NCBI GenBank assembly: GCA_026025795.1
Contig: JAPEUG010000143.1
Location: forward strand, 1-37,793
Length of the DNA: 37,793 bases
Direction of reading: 5' to 3'
From: Thelocarpon superellum
Taxonomy: Eukaryota
This document shows, in pieces, positions 1-11,771 of the stretch (positions are counted from its first letter, which is position 1; the number at the start of each line of letters is the position of its first letter). The notes beneath the pieces were generated by a model. It worked only from the letters and a program-made list of their open reading frames with translations, searched no databases and was not told where the DNA came from. A program made the position numbers and the translations under genes.

Positions 1-187
1 CGCTCCACTCGATCCTACGCGAGAGAGTTGAGCAGCGGAGGCCACTCCCGCCACGCAGCCGCCGACGGGCGCTAAGCGATCGGCTACGGACAACAAATGA
101 TTCACATGTCGCCCGCCCGCTGATGATTTGTGACAAGATCCCCGAGAGTCCTCTCTCCAATCACGTTGGATCGGAGCACCTTTCAAG

Positions 188-1761
188 ATGGCGCTGTCGG
201 ACGTCCCAGAGGGCTCGGCTCTCGCGGAAGCTCCCGCCACGCAAGGTCAACGCCAGCCCGCCGAGCTCCCCACGCAGGCAGCCCCGCCACAGACCCAAGG
301 GCAACCAAATCCAAAGACCAACGGAGACGCCAAAGCTCCCGGGGAAGCTTCCGCCGGAAAGATCTCGGGCGCGGAATTGAAGAAAAAAGCCAAGGCAGAG
401 AAACAAGCACGACGAGAGCGCGAGAGGCAGACTCAAGAAAAGCAGTCCGGGAATCATCCCGGGCCCGGGGCCAAGGACGGAGACGGAGGACCCAGGCCAG
501 CGGGCAAGGGAGGACAGAGCAAGGTCTCCGCGTCGCAGATGAAGGAAGAGGGCAAGGCGCAGCACAAACGGGCCAATTCCGTCATCGCCGACGGGCCCAA
601 GCCGCTCGTCCTGCGCGGGGCAAAACCCTCACAGGGGTCCACGGCGTCTGCAGGGCCGAAGAAGGAAGACAAGCAGGTGGTGCTCTTTGGACATCTCTAC
701 GGTCACTCAAGGCGGACGTCGGTCAGCGGGGTGGGCAAGGACGTCCATCCGGCGGTGTTGGCGCTGGGGCTACAGATGGGTAACTACGTGGTCTGCGGGA
801 GCAGCGCCCGATGTGTGGCGACGCTGCTCGTGTTCAAGAAGGTCGGTCGATCGACGCATGAACCCAGCTGCCGTGCTCACCGCCGCAGGTTATCGAATGC
901 TATACAACGCCGCCCGGCACTACCCTCACGCGACATCTTCCGTCCCATCTCTCCGTCCAGATCGACTTCCTCGTGTCATGCCGACCGCTCTCGGTGTCAA
1001 TGGGAAACGCCATTCGGTGGTTGAAGCTGGAGATCAGCACCGTGGATATCTCCACCCCGGATGCGGACGCCAAGACGACTCTCTGTTCGGCTATCGACGA
1101 CTTCATCCGAGAGCGAATCACCCTCGCCGACCAAGTCATCGCGAATAGTGCGGGGCAGAAGATCCGTGACGGCGACGTGATCTTGACCTTTGCCAAGAGC
1201 AGCATCGTGCAACAGACGCTCATCGAGGCGCATGCGCGGGGCGTCAAATTCCGCGTCATCGTCGTCGACTCGCGGCCGCTCTTCGAGGGCAAACATCTGG
1301 CGCGCGCCCTGGCCAACCTCGGGGTCGAGGTGCAGTACTCGCTCATGCATGGCGTGGGCCAGGTCATCAAGGACGCCTCCAAGGTCTTCTTGGGTGCGCA
1401 CGCGATGATGAGTAACGGCCGGCTCTACTCGCGTGTTGGCACCGCCGTGGTCGCCATGGTCGCCACCGAGGCCGACGTTCCCGTCATCGTGTGCTGCGAG
1501 AGCGTCAAGTTCACCGAGAAGGTGGCGCTGGACAGCGTCGTCACCAACGAAGTCGCCCCGCCCGATGAGTTCCTCTTCTTGGGCGCATCCTCGCCGTCCA
1601 GTTCATCGCTGTCGTCGTGGCGCGAGACGCGCAATCTCCAGCTGCTGAATCTGATGTACGATGTGACTCCGGCCGAGTACATCAAGATGGTCATCACCGA
1701 GTATGGCTCGCTGCCACCCAGCTCTGTCCCGGTCGTGCACCGGCTGAGTACGAATTCATGA
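188..1761 (+). CDS. GCD2: Translation initiation factor eIF2B subunit delta; exons 188-841, 889-1761
   Basis: Low-complexity N-terminus with 'ELKKKAKAEKQARR' and 'VHPAVLALGLQM'. A 47-nt intron 842-888 (GTCGGT..GCTCAC..CAG) joins in frame to the IF-2B domain 'SCRPLSVSMGNAIRWLK...VVDSRPLFEG...SRVGTAVVAM...YDVTPAEYI...PPSSVPVV'. Confidence 0.95.
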
Positions 1762-1836
1762 TGTACCTGAGGTCGCAGCCCTTCTTCGGCAGCAGGGTCT
1801 GCAGACCGCGCTGAAGGCGTTGGTCGCGGGTGCCGC

Positions 1837-3141
1837 TCACTGGACGGGCAACGGACTGCCTATCCTCTCGGGAAGGCCTTCATCATCACTGACCGTGTCG
1901 CTCACAATGTCCACCGCCCCCGAATGCGCCATGGCAATGACGTCGTTCCAAATCTTCGGGGACGCGGCCGGCGGGATGGATGTTGTCATGCTGGTCGCGA
2001 GCCTCAACGTCCATGTGCCGGGTTGACCAAGGCATTTGGCCACGACTGCGTCGGGATCGAGCCCATGGTACCGCCCATGCGGCCTCCAAGCTTCATGGGT
2101 GAGCAGGCGGACGAGCCACAGGAACGCTGCTTCACGGCGAGCATCGAGCGCCGGTGGTTGGGATGGCGGCGACGGCATCGTGAGGAGCCTGATATGCTCA
2201 TCCATCAGGGCTGGCAGGAAATGGCGAGTATGCCTGCCGAGGACTTGCATGAGGTACTCAAAGACGGCAACGGATCCGTCGATCGAGCTCCCCAACCTGT
2301 TGGCGTTAGTCACGACCCATCGAGCAGTAGCATCTGTGAAGGGACCCTCACTCTCGATCGTCAGGGTTCGTGATGGCAGCCTCCGCTAAGATGCCGGACA
2401 AGATGTCGGCCTCGCGTCGATTAGGGATGTGGCTTGCCAGACCGCGGAGCAATGCGTTGACTTCCAGAAGGGCGAGGTCTCGTCTTCCGCCCATGTGTAA
2501 ACGAATGTACTGTCTGAGCAGCTCTCGGAGTCGCACCCGTAGCTTGTCTTCCTCCAGCGAGAATTGTTGCCAATACCGCGTCCAACACTCCTTGAGCGCG
2601 TCCTGAGCAGCCTGGCGGAGGACAACGAGCGAAGGAAGCGGCCCATGAGTGGCGTCATGGCGAACATCCACAAAGGAAGCGCGGAGGCCGATCTCCTCGG
2701 CTACATCGTACATGGATTTGACGTAGATGCCCTTCCGCCCCGGATCCACCAATCCCGTCACGAAGCTACCGCGAATGAATCAATTCAACTTTCAGGTTCG
2801 ACCACCTTTCCGGATAAGCTCACAGGCAGATGGCTCCAGCGTAAGCAAATTCCGCGCAGTATGGGATGTTGTCGCCGGTGTCGTTGAGGATCGCCGCGGT
2901 CAACGCGGCCGTGGACGACACCAAGTGAGGGACGCCGCCGCGGACAGACCAGGCCGTGACCTACCTCGAACGAAACGGGTCAACGTTTGCAGGACATGCA
3001 GAGACCGCCATACCAATCCCGTACCACTTCTATCGCCCACAGGCGGTCTTCCCGGCTGACCTTGTCTTCGGGATAGAGTTTGTCTCGCACTTCGAGGAGT
3101 TCCGCCGTATCTTGCCATGGTGTCATCCGTAAACGTGGCAT
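1837..3141 (-). CDS. LAS1: Las1 pre-rRNA processing (HEPN) endonuclease; exons 3141-3025, 2960-2824, 2765-2352, 2296-1837
   Basis: Spliced product 'MPRLRMTPWQDTAELLEVRDKLYP...WSVRGGVPHLVSSTAALT...FVTGLVD...SMYDVAEEIGL..SFVDVRHDATHGPLPSL' contains the HEPN RHxxTH motif. Three GT-AG introns of 55-64 nt. Confidence 0.9.
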
Positions 3142-3634
3142 TATTGTAACAAACGCTCGCCGACCAGGAAATATGAGCAGGCAGCACCGATTCCGCCCGG
3201 TGACATTATAGTACGAGTACGGATGGCCGAGTTTTCTCACGGCGGTCAAGACGGCTCAATCTGACCGCATTTACAGCGTGGCGCCCAAGTGCGAGCTCAT
3301 CTGACCAGAATGTGCGGACTTCAAGACCCTCTTCGTCATTGAGAAAGAACAAGGGAAAGCCATCTAGGCATTAGCATGTCCAGCGTCGGCAGACATGTAA
3401 GAGCAGAGCCCTTGAAGGCGAAGACCAAACTACGCCGGGATCCAGCCATCATAGCGACGCATGACTAATGCTAGATAAGATTTATGAGATGGGGGGAACT
3501 CCCGGTTAGGGGAATTTTCTTTGGCCGGTAGTGGGGCACGGCAAGCGACGCTCGAGCAGACAAGAGCATGAATAGAAGGAAGACCAGTAGGCCTCAACCT
3601 CACTCACAGGGCTGAATACTGCCGCCAAGGAGCA

Positions 3635-3665
3635 ACGAAGACCCCACGAAGACCCCACGAAGACC
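3635..3665 (+). repeat. 11-bp tandem repeat (ACGAAGACCCC, about 2.8 copies) directly before the NAD kinase ATG
   Basis: acgaagacccc acgaagacccc acgaagacc ATG, read directly. Confidence 0.8.
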
Positions 3666-5460
3666 ATGGCAGACAGTCCTGTAATTTCGGCGCTGACGGG
3701 CGCTGACGACCTGCTTCATGTTGAGAGCCAGAATGTCCGAGACGAGGTCTGTCCCCGCCATGAACCAACCGTCAACGATCACGCTGACATTGACCATAGG
3801 ATCATGGCAACTCAAGTGCGAGCGATTCTGAGCAACAGCATGCTCTTGAGGTGCGATAGGGGAATTACGCGTTGCAGCGTTCCCCGTTAAGTCATGGACG
3901 CAGGTGATTTTGGACCCCGAAGTGCCCCATCGACGGAGAGCCTCGCTTGTCCCATCCGATCGTCTTGAAGAAACGCAGCGGTCCAAGAGCTCGACCTGCT
4001 TCATCCACTCGTTGCTGCAGACGCAGAAGAAGCATAAGAACAGTACAGGTGAAGCAAACGGTGTGGTGGGCCATGTCACCGCTACCAAAACGGACGACTA
4101 TGACTCGGCCACGCACTCTCGCCTCTTGACGAAGCGGCAGTTGGCCGACATGGCCTTTGGCGTGCGGGAGCTCTCGAAGCGGCTGGGCAACATCCGATTG
4201 AAGCTCCACGTGCGCAAGATCATCCTCATTACCAAGGCCCATGACGAGTCGCTCATCCAGAACACTCGTGACGTGGCGCAATGGCTACTTTCGAAGGATC
4301 GGGGTGCCGCTTACGTTGTGTGCGTGACGACCACACCCGATACATATCAACGGGGGCTGACGAAATTCTAGCTACGTGCAGAAGACGCTGGAAGACAAGA
4401 AGCAATTCGACGCCAAGGGCCTGCTATCCGAGGACGCTTCGTTTGCGGGGCGGCTTCGATATTGGACGCATGAACTGTGTGCCAAAAGTCCCCACACGTT
4501 CGACTTTGTTGTTACGGTGAGCGTGGCGCTTCTGGGTCTCACCATGGCAAGACTGACTCCGTACTGCAGCTCGGGGGCGATGGCACCGTACTCTTTGCGA
4601 GCTGGCTCTTTCAGAAGATTGTGCCGCCCGTCTTATCCTTCTCCCTCGGCTCCCTGGGGTTCCTGACCAAATTCGACTATAACGACTACCCCACCACCCT
4701 TTCCAAAGCCTTCAACGAAGGCATCACTGTGAGCCTGCGACTCCGCTTCGAGGGAACGGTTATGCGCAGTCGAGAACGATTCAGTGACCGACCTCGTGAT
4801 CTGGTGGAAGAGCTGGTAGGGAGCGAGTGTGACGAAGACTACACGCACCGGCCTCACGGATCGCACGAGATCCTGAACGAGATCGTGGTCGACCGAGGCC
4901 CCAATCCAAGTACGCACCCACTCCGTTTGCCGCCGCGGCGCTAAGTAGATCCTCTGTAGCTTTATCGTCCATCGAGCTTTTCGGCGATCAGGAGCACTTC
5001 ACCACCGTCCAGGCCGATGGAATCTGCGTCGCCACTCCGACTGGCTCAACTGCGTACAATCTGGCAGCTGGCGGGTCTCTGTGTCATCCAGATAACCCCG
5101 TCATCCTCGTCACCGCCATCTGCGCGCACACGCTCTCTTTCCGCCCGATCATTCTACCTGACACAATGGTGCTCCGGGTCGGCGTCCCGCACGATGCGCG
5201 GACGAGTTCTTGGGCCAGCTTCGACGGACGAGAGCGGTAGGCTGCCCTCTTGAGCATGTCTGCCCGCGATGTGTGCTAACTGGAAGCTCAGAGTCGAGCT
5301 CCATCCTGGCGACTACGTGACCGTGTCGGCGTCGAGATACCCCTTTGCGAATGTCATGCGTCAAGATCAGCGGAGCGAGGACTGGATCAACGGGATCAGG
5401 CAGACGCTGCAATGGAACTCAAGAAAGCGTCAGAAGGAATTCACCGACAGAGAGGCATGA
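3666..5460 (+). CDS. UTR1: NAD+/NADH kinase (Utr1-like); introns 3747-3799, 3851-3903, 4320-4371, 4517-4569, 4910-4959, 5237-5291
   Basis: Spliced product has the NAD kinase motifs '[10 protein letters not shown]', '[10 protein letters not shown]', 'LNEIVVDRG', '[24 protein letters not shown]' and '[10 protein letters not shown]'. The first two exons are less certain. Confidence 0.92.
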
Positions 5461-5800
5461 TCGACCACCAATAGTAGTCCTTCGTCGTCCATCCTTGGCT
5501 AGCAACACCAATAGACCGGATATAGACCGGATGTAGAATACTACTCGCTTCTTCGTGGCATCCGCTCTGCACCACACCTCCAAGTTCGAGAGCACGTAGC
5601 CATACCGGTCCCGGAAACATACATGACTCGTTCGAGAACAAATGGTCCTTGGAAGTGTGGAGCGAAATACCAGCCTTGAGACAGAAAAGGAGGCAAATCA
5701 CGTGCAACTCGATGACACGACAGCACGACGTCATGCATGAAATCGTCCCCAGTGAACGACTCGTTTCCGAAGGCTTCCATCTGTACAACCAACGGGGATT

Positions 5801-7148
5801 ATGAACTTCTCCAGCCGAATCCGGTCCACGATTTGGAGAAGCTCCGGGTCATTGCTCATTAAGGTAGGAGAAACATTCGGGCAGTGGAGACTTCCCTGGC
5901 ACTGACCATCCCTCCTTCTTATAGTCCCACCGGTCCGCCGCCATGCATATCCAGTCGATTCCGATGTGTCAGTTCCGCGTGTCTCCCATAGTGATAGCGA
6001 GCCTTTGTTTTTGAACATGACTGACCCGTAAGGCTAAAGGGGAGGATTCGAGTGACAATTACGCCTATTTGGTCGTGGACGACAAATCGAAAGATGCTGT
6101 CATCATTGACCCTGCACATCCCGAGGAGTAGGCATATATCCTCCAGCCACCTCTGCGGTACGATATGACTCATGTCTGATAGGGTGTTACCCGTCCTGAA
6201 AAGCCAAATCGATGCCGGCAAGATCAATATGACCGGAATTATCAATACCCACCAGTGAGTGTGACGTCGGGAGCCCTCGACCGAGGTCTCTGACGGAGGC
6301 TAGTCACCGGGATCATGCTGGTGGAAACAATGAGATGGTAGGCGTCCCGTGGCGATCCCTCCAGACAGGCGCTGATGGGTCATCACAGCTGAAACAGCTC
6401 AAGGGCCTGCCCGTCACAGGTGGGAAGGATTGCGAAGCGGTCACCAAAACGCCAACGGCCGGTGAGATCTTCACAGTCGGACAAGGCATCTCTGTCACGG
6501 CCCTCCACACGCCGTGCCACACGCAAGATAGCATTAGCTACCTGTTTGAGGATGGAAACGACCGAGCGGTCTTTACGGGCGATACCTTGTTTATCGGAGG
6601 TGAGCACAGTCGTTGACATGGCCAGCGGCATAGCCGACCGAGACTGAGCAGCATAGGATGTGGACGTTTCTTCGAAGGGACACCGGCGGAGATGCATGAG
6701 GCGCTCAACGTGACGCTGGCATCACTCCCGGATGACACCAAAGTCTATGTCCGCGCTTCCACTGAAGTTTTGGTGCACACGTCTAATCTTCAGTAGCCGG
6801 GCCACGAGTACACCAAGGCGAACGTGAAATTCGCCGCCTCCGTTCTTGATAGCGAGCCGGTCAAAAAGCTGCAAGCGTTCGCGGAGAGCAATAAGGAAAC
6901 GCAGGGGAAGTTTACCATTGGAGATGAAAAGGTATGTCGTCTCCGCTTGAGAGTCAGGGAGGAGGCGGCTCAGATCTTCTTCAGCTCCACAACGTCTTCA
7001 TGAGACCGCAGGTACATCTCGTCTATTCCATTCGCCGGGTCGAAGCTAACGGACTACGCAGGACCCTCTGATCCAAAAGGCGACGGGAGAAACCGACCCA
7101 GTTGGAATCATGGGCAAGCTTCGCGAGATGAAGAACAACTTCAAGTGA
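5801..7148 (+). CDS. GLO2: Hydroxyacylglutathione hydrolase (glyoxalase II), 10 exons; upstream ATG 5801 (presequence exon) and conserved ATG 5943
   Basis: Spliced product 'MHIQSIPMW..SDNYAYLVVDDKSKDAVIIDPA...INTHHHRDHAGGN...ALHTPCHTQDSI...FTGDTLFIGGCGRFFEGT...YPGHEYT...FTIGDEKLHNVFMR...MGKLREMKNNFK*' has the metallo-beta-lactamase/glyoxalase II signature. Confidence 0.93.
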
Positions 7149-8120
7149 CTCCCACGCATGTTCAGCTCTCGACGGGGAGATAAAAACCGGCCTTGTAGGA
7201 GGAACTCCCAGCTAACGGATGCGGTCCCCTCGTAGATCTCCAAGGATGAGTGGAAATCTGTGACCCTTGAGGGTAAAGTTCAAGGGAAACGCCCAACGAG
7301 TACAATGTAGTGTGATCGAATAGATGGCTCGCCTTGTTACACAGGCTTCTTGCTGTCCCCCTTGAGCCCCTCTATCCGGCCAATCAGACCAGACGTCGAC
7401 TCACTGAAGAGCCGAGCGGATGCCCAAGGGACGTCCATGCGAACGAATCGATGGCAGATGGGTTCTTCTGGCTTCATTGTCCACACTTGCTCGTCCTGGA
7501 TAAGAGGCGACGGCAAGCTCTAGCATTATTTAGAAGCGGGCTGATGGGCAGGGGGGTGACGGCTCGACTTGGATGAGCATAGGAAGAGAGCACGCTGCTT
7601 TTGCAGCCCAACAAGATCGGATTTCAATTCTTAGCTGCTGCAGTATCTTGATGAGTAGTAGCAAGGTGCGACGGGCGACGTCCACCCCTGCATCCGGTAG
7701 GGTGAGATGTTTTGTCCTATGAGACATCGATGGTGTGCGCAGAGGAAATTTCTTGGAACCGCGTGTGAGGTCGTCCAACATGGAGCGTGGCGAAGCGTAG
7801 CCGGGTAAGCCGTTGTGCGACATTCATTCGCGTCGTGCCATACGATCGTCGCCCGGAAGGGTCGGGCAAGGAGCCGATAGTGGTCAGTTCTTTCCAATCC
7901 TTCGTCGTCGAGTCGAGGCTTCGGTACTGCTCGATGCTTTGTTAGTCACAAGGCATCATAGCAACCGTCAAAGCTGTTGGTTGTTGCTCCTGTCCCGGTT
8001 GTGGATCGTGGTGCTTGGGGTCGCTCGCCCCTTTGCTCACTTCTTCCCTACGTCCGCGGTCGAGCACGGTGTTCCTCGCAGAGGACGCCCTCGTACCACC
8101 GCCGCCCCGTCTATTGGCCC

Positions 8121-9958
8121 ATGTCCAGGGCCAACGTGCGAAGACGTCCCAACCTTTGGTCCTACTTCAGCTTCGGGTCCTCGACTCCCCGGCGCACCTC
8201 CATCTCCCTGCCGACGCAGAACTCCGTCGACGACCCTTTCGAGAAAGCCGATCGGCACGTCGATGGTGCGGCGACCAGCTCGGTAGGCTTTCCGAACCAC
8301 GCCAACCCCGCCAGGATGACGCAAGGCCAGAGGTCACGGTATTTCAAGGTCGTGGGTGGTATTTTGTTCGTGCTGCTGGTCTTGTTCTATCTCGGGCCTA
8401 GCCGGGACAAAGTGGGCCAATTCGTTGGCTGTAGGATCCCCCCACCCGTGAAGGCGAAGAAGCTGGAAGGCTGACGAAGGGGGAATCACAGCGCAGAGTC
8501 AAGGGGGTCAGACGATTTCGGATCCCGCCATCGGGCAGACACGATGCCTTAAATCGAGCGATCCGTCAAAACCGCTCATCCAATATGCCCTTATGATCGA
8601 TGCTGGCAGCACTGGCTCGCGCATTCACGTATACCGCTTCAACAACTGTGGGGACACGCCGGAGCTGGAGAACGAGGAGTTCATGATGACGGAGAAGAAG
8701 CCGGGCGGGTCTGGCTTAAGCTCCTACAAGGAGGACGCTGAAGGGGCGGCCAAGAGTCTCGACGTGCTGATGGAAGTGGCCATGCAGCACGTGCCCGAGA
8801 GCCTGCGCGCCTGCACGCCCGTGGCCGTTAAGGCCACGGCCGGCCTCCGTATCCTCGGCAAGGAGATGGCCGATAAGACCTTGGACGCGGTCCGGCAGCG
8901 CCTCGAGACCGTCTACCCCTTCTCCGTGGTGTCCAAGGAGAAGGGCGGGGTGGAGATCATGGACGGCAAGGACGAGGGCGTGTATGCGTGGATCACAACC
9001 AACTACCTGCTCGGCAAGATTGGCGGGCCGGATAAGAACCCGACCGCTGCCGTCTTCGATCTGGGCGGCGGCTCGACGCAGATCGTCTTTCAGCCGACCT
9101 TCAAGAGCCCGTCGGGCGGCATGCCCGAAATCATGGCCGAGGGTGACCACAAGTACGCGCTCAGCTTTGGCGGGCAGGACTTCACCCTGTATCAGCACTC
9201 GCATCTGGGCTATGGCTTGATGGAGGCGCGAAAAGCCATCCACCGCGTCGTGCTCGAGGCCTTGGCCGAGCGGCACGCGTCGGCGCCGGATAAAAGCTGG
9301 CTGTCTAAGGATTTGCCCAATCCCTGCCTCGCCCCGGGCATGAAGCGCGAGGTCGAGGTGGAAATGACGACCAACCATGCCCTCGGCGAGAAGGTCAAGG
9401 TCACCATGGTCGGCCCGACCGAGGCGTCGTCGGCGCAGTGTCGAGGTCTGGCGGAGAAGATCCTCAAGAAGGACGCCGCATGCGACCTGGCCCCGTGTTC
9501 TTTCAGCGGCGTGCACCAGCCGTCGCTGGAGAAGACGTTTGCGCGCGAGGACGTCTACATCTTCTCCTACTTCTACGACCGCACGCAACCACTGGGCATG
9601 CCTGAGTCCTTTACGCTCCGCGAGCTGAAGGACCTGACCGCCACCGTCTGCGCAGGCGAGAAGCGCTGGGGCGTCTTCTCGAGCATCGAGGGCGCCACGT
9701 CGGAGCTGAAGGATCGGCCCGAGTGGTGTCTGGACCTGAGCTTCATGGTGGCCTTGTTGCACACCGGATACGAGATGCCCCTAGACCGCGAGGTGAAGAT
9801 TGCCAAGAAGATCAACAACAACGAGCTCGGCTGGTGTCTGGGCGCCAGGTGCGTCTCGCTCTCCCCTCCCGCGTACCTCCGACTAACCCGCGAGTAGTCT
9901 TCCCCTCCTGTCGCCGAACTCCGGATGGAGCTGTCGGATCAAGGAAATGTCACGGTAG
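8121..9958 (+). CDS. GDA1: Golgi guanosine diphosphatase (GDA1/CD39 apyrase family); introns 8431-8491, 9849-9897
   Basis: N-terminal TM anchor '[15 protein letters not shown]' and apyrase conserved regions '[13 protein letters not shown]', 'KATAGLR', '[15 protein letters not shown]', 'DLGGGSTQ', 'LGWCLGASL'. Start codon uncertain. Confidence 0.93.
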
Positions 9959-10116
9959 ACGCCGCCGGACGCGAAGAGCCCTCGTCGGGCGCGTGATCAA
10001 GCCCGCGGAGGCTTGTGTATGCTTATGTAGATGTATGTTAGTTCAGTGGAGGCATCGGCCGCGTCACGACTCTTCATTCATCTTCGCCCCTATCTCTGTC
10101 GATTGGCACTCTCCAC

Positions 10117-10966
10117 TTAGCCGTCATCCACCTCCTGGATGGTCGGCTTCGGATTGGCGTCGCTGGGCTTGCGCTTCTGTCCCATGAGCCGACGGAGCAC
10201 GTCTCTCCTCGTCCGTGGGCGTAGTCCAGCCCCTTCGTCGTTGCTGGATGCTTCACCGCTGCTGCTGCTACTGCTACTGCTGCTGGAGCTTACGTCGGCG
10301 TCATTGCGCTCTTCCAGCACGCCGAGGCCAAGGTCCTGTATTGTCATCGGTGAGGATGTTGCGCACGACACTGGATCCTAAGGGTCGGAGACGTACCATC
10401 TCGATGTAAGTCTCGCCCTCTTCCACGTCCTCCAGGCCTCTTCTTCTCGACCCTCCCTGCACTGCCTCTGCTTCCAGCGCTTGGTTGGCGGCGGCAAGCT
10501 CCGGGAGAAAACGTGACAGTCGGGGAAGCACTGCCTACAGTCAGCCCTCGCTTCACAATTCTCCGTAGCGCACGATGCGGGTTCGGGGCCACGAACGACC
10601 GGTTCCTCCCAACGGGCGATGCGACATGTTCGGTTTGGGTGTCCGGGGGAGGGTCACGATGGTGGCGGCATTGGTTGTAGGTGTTCGGTCGCCGCTTCCC
10701 GAGGATGAATCGGGGCTGTCATCATCCGCGTCGGAAGTGGATTCGCTGCTGGAGCCGGTGTACTCGTTGGCGGAAAGGGCGGAGCTGGAGGTCGGTGACG
10801 AGGACTCCAGGGTGGTGGCGCCTTCTCTCTCCGTCTCGTCCCATCGTGGGACGGGGGAGGAAATGGCGGTCCTCGCTTTAGGACGTTTGACCACAAAAGG
10901 CTCTGAATTGGACGCATCGTCCAAGACCCTCTTGAGGCCGGTCATCGTGGACGGATGGCGGCGCAT
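10117..10966 (-). CDS. DUF4598/NOPCHAP1-like protein, probably 3 exons (first intron boundaries uncertain)
   Basis: Acidic/Ser-rich N-terminus, then 'LPRLSRFLPELAAANQALE...ETYIEM|DLGLGVLEE' across a GTACGT..CAG intron, ending 'KPTIQEVDDG*'. This matches my recollection of the family motif. Confidence 0.7.
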
Positions 10967-11771
10967 GCCATGCCGGAGCGCTCATATGGCCGAAGACATG
11001 GGGATCGACATAGCGCACCAGGCCCAAGGTGGCGGCGAAACGGGCCTGACGCATAGTGCGCAAAGCGCCGGCCGTTTCCGCGTGACTTGGGGCGCGCAGA
11101 GCGACGCGGCGAGAACGTCGGCACTGCGGACGCCGCCTAGCGAAGCGTCGCTGCGCTCGCTCCGCTCCAACGCACATCCATGCACTGTCAGGGATTACAC
11201 ATGGTGGGGCATCCCTGACAGCGGAGAACCTCTCACCTCCCGTTCCGAGGCCGCGGCTCGATGCTGTGGCGCCATCGACGAATGTGCCGTCAGCCTGGCT
11301 TGTAAACGTCGTGCTGTACCGCTGGACATCGTCCGTTGCCCTCTGCACCTATCATGGCTCGCGCTTCCTGGTGAATGGCGTCGTCTCTCAAGCTCGGGCG
11401 AGGCTGCTGTTGACGATCCGCTCACACTGACGAATCCGTCACATCGTAAGTGAATCATCCTCTCTTGTCGTTCACCAGCCTCCGAGAATCTATTGTCCGG
11501 TCTGGCTCCCTTTGAATGTCCAGATGGATTCCGCCATCGCCCACACTCTCATTCTTCCACTTGTTCTCTCCCCGTTTTCTCCTCACCTCTCTTCGTCTCA
11601 CCCTTTTGCCATCAACTTCACGTTCAGCTCCTCTCTTCAGCTGGCATTGCCCTTGTTCCACCGTGCAATACCTGCGATCATTCCTGTGCCCGTCGATCGT
11701 CTACAAACCTTCACTCTCTTCCTTCGCTGAGCCTTGACCCTTTCTCCCCCTTGCTCTGGCTCTGCGCCATC

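Noticed and set aside
97..123. 8-codon uORF upstream of GCD2
   Set aside because: Cannot tell whether it lies within the transcript; such short ORFs are common by chance.
7146..7240. Stop-codon readthrough giving a peroxisomal signal on glyoxalase II (TGA CTC)
   Set aside because: The context is not TGA CTA, and the extension ends in VPS, which is not a PTS1.
7150..8100. Short ORFs between glyoxalase II and GDA1
   Set aside because: No recognisable protein motifs or coherent splice model; likely UTR and promoter sequence.
8716..9762. 348-aa antisense ORF (similarly 20313-21767 minus and 27494-28231 plus)
   Set aside because: These lie opposite well-supported genes and are expected shadows of GC-rich codon usage, with no recognisable motifs.
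10575..11453. 292-aa plus-strand ORF
   Set aside because: Overlaps the antisense strand of the DUF4598-like gene and a divergent promoter; no domain signal.
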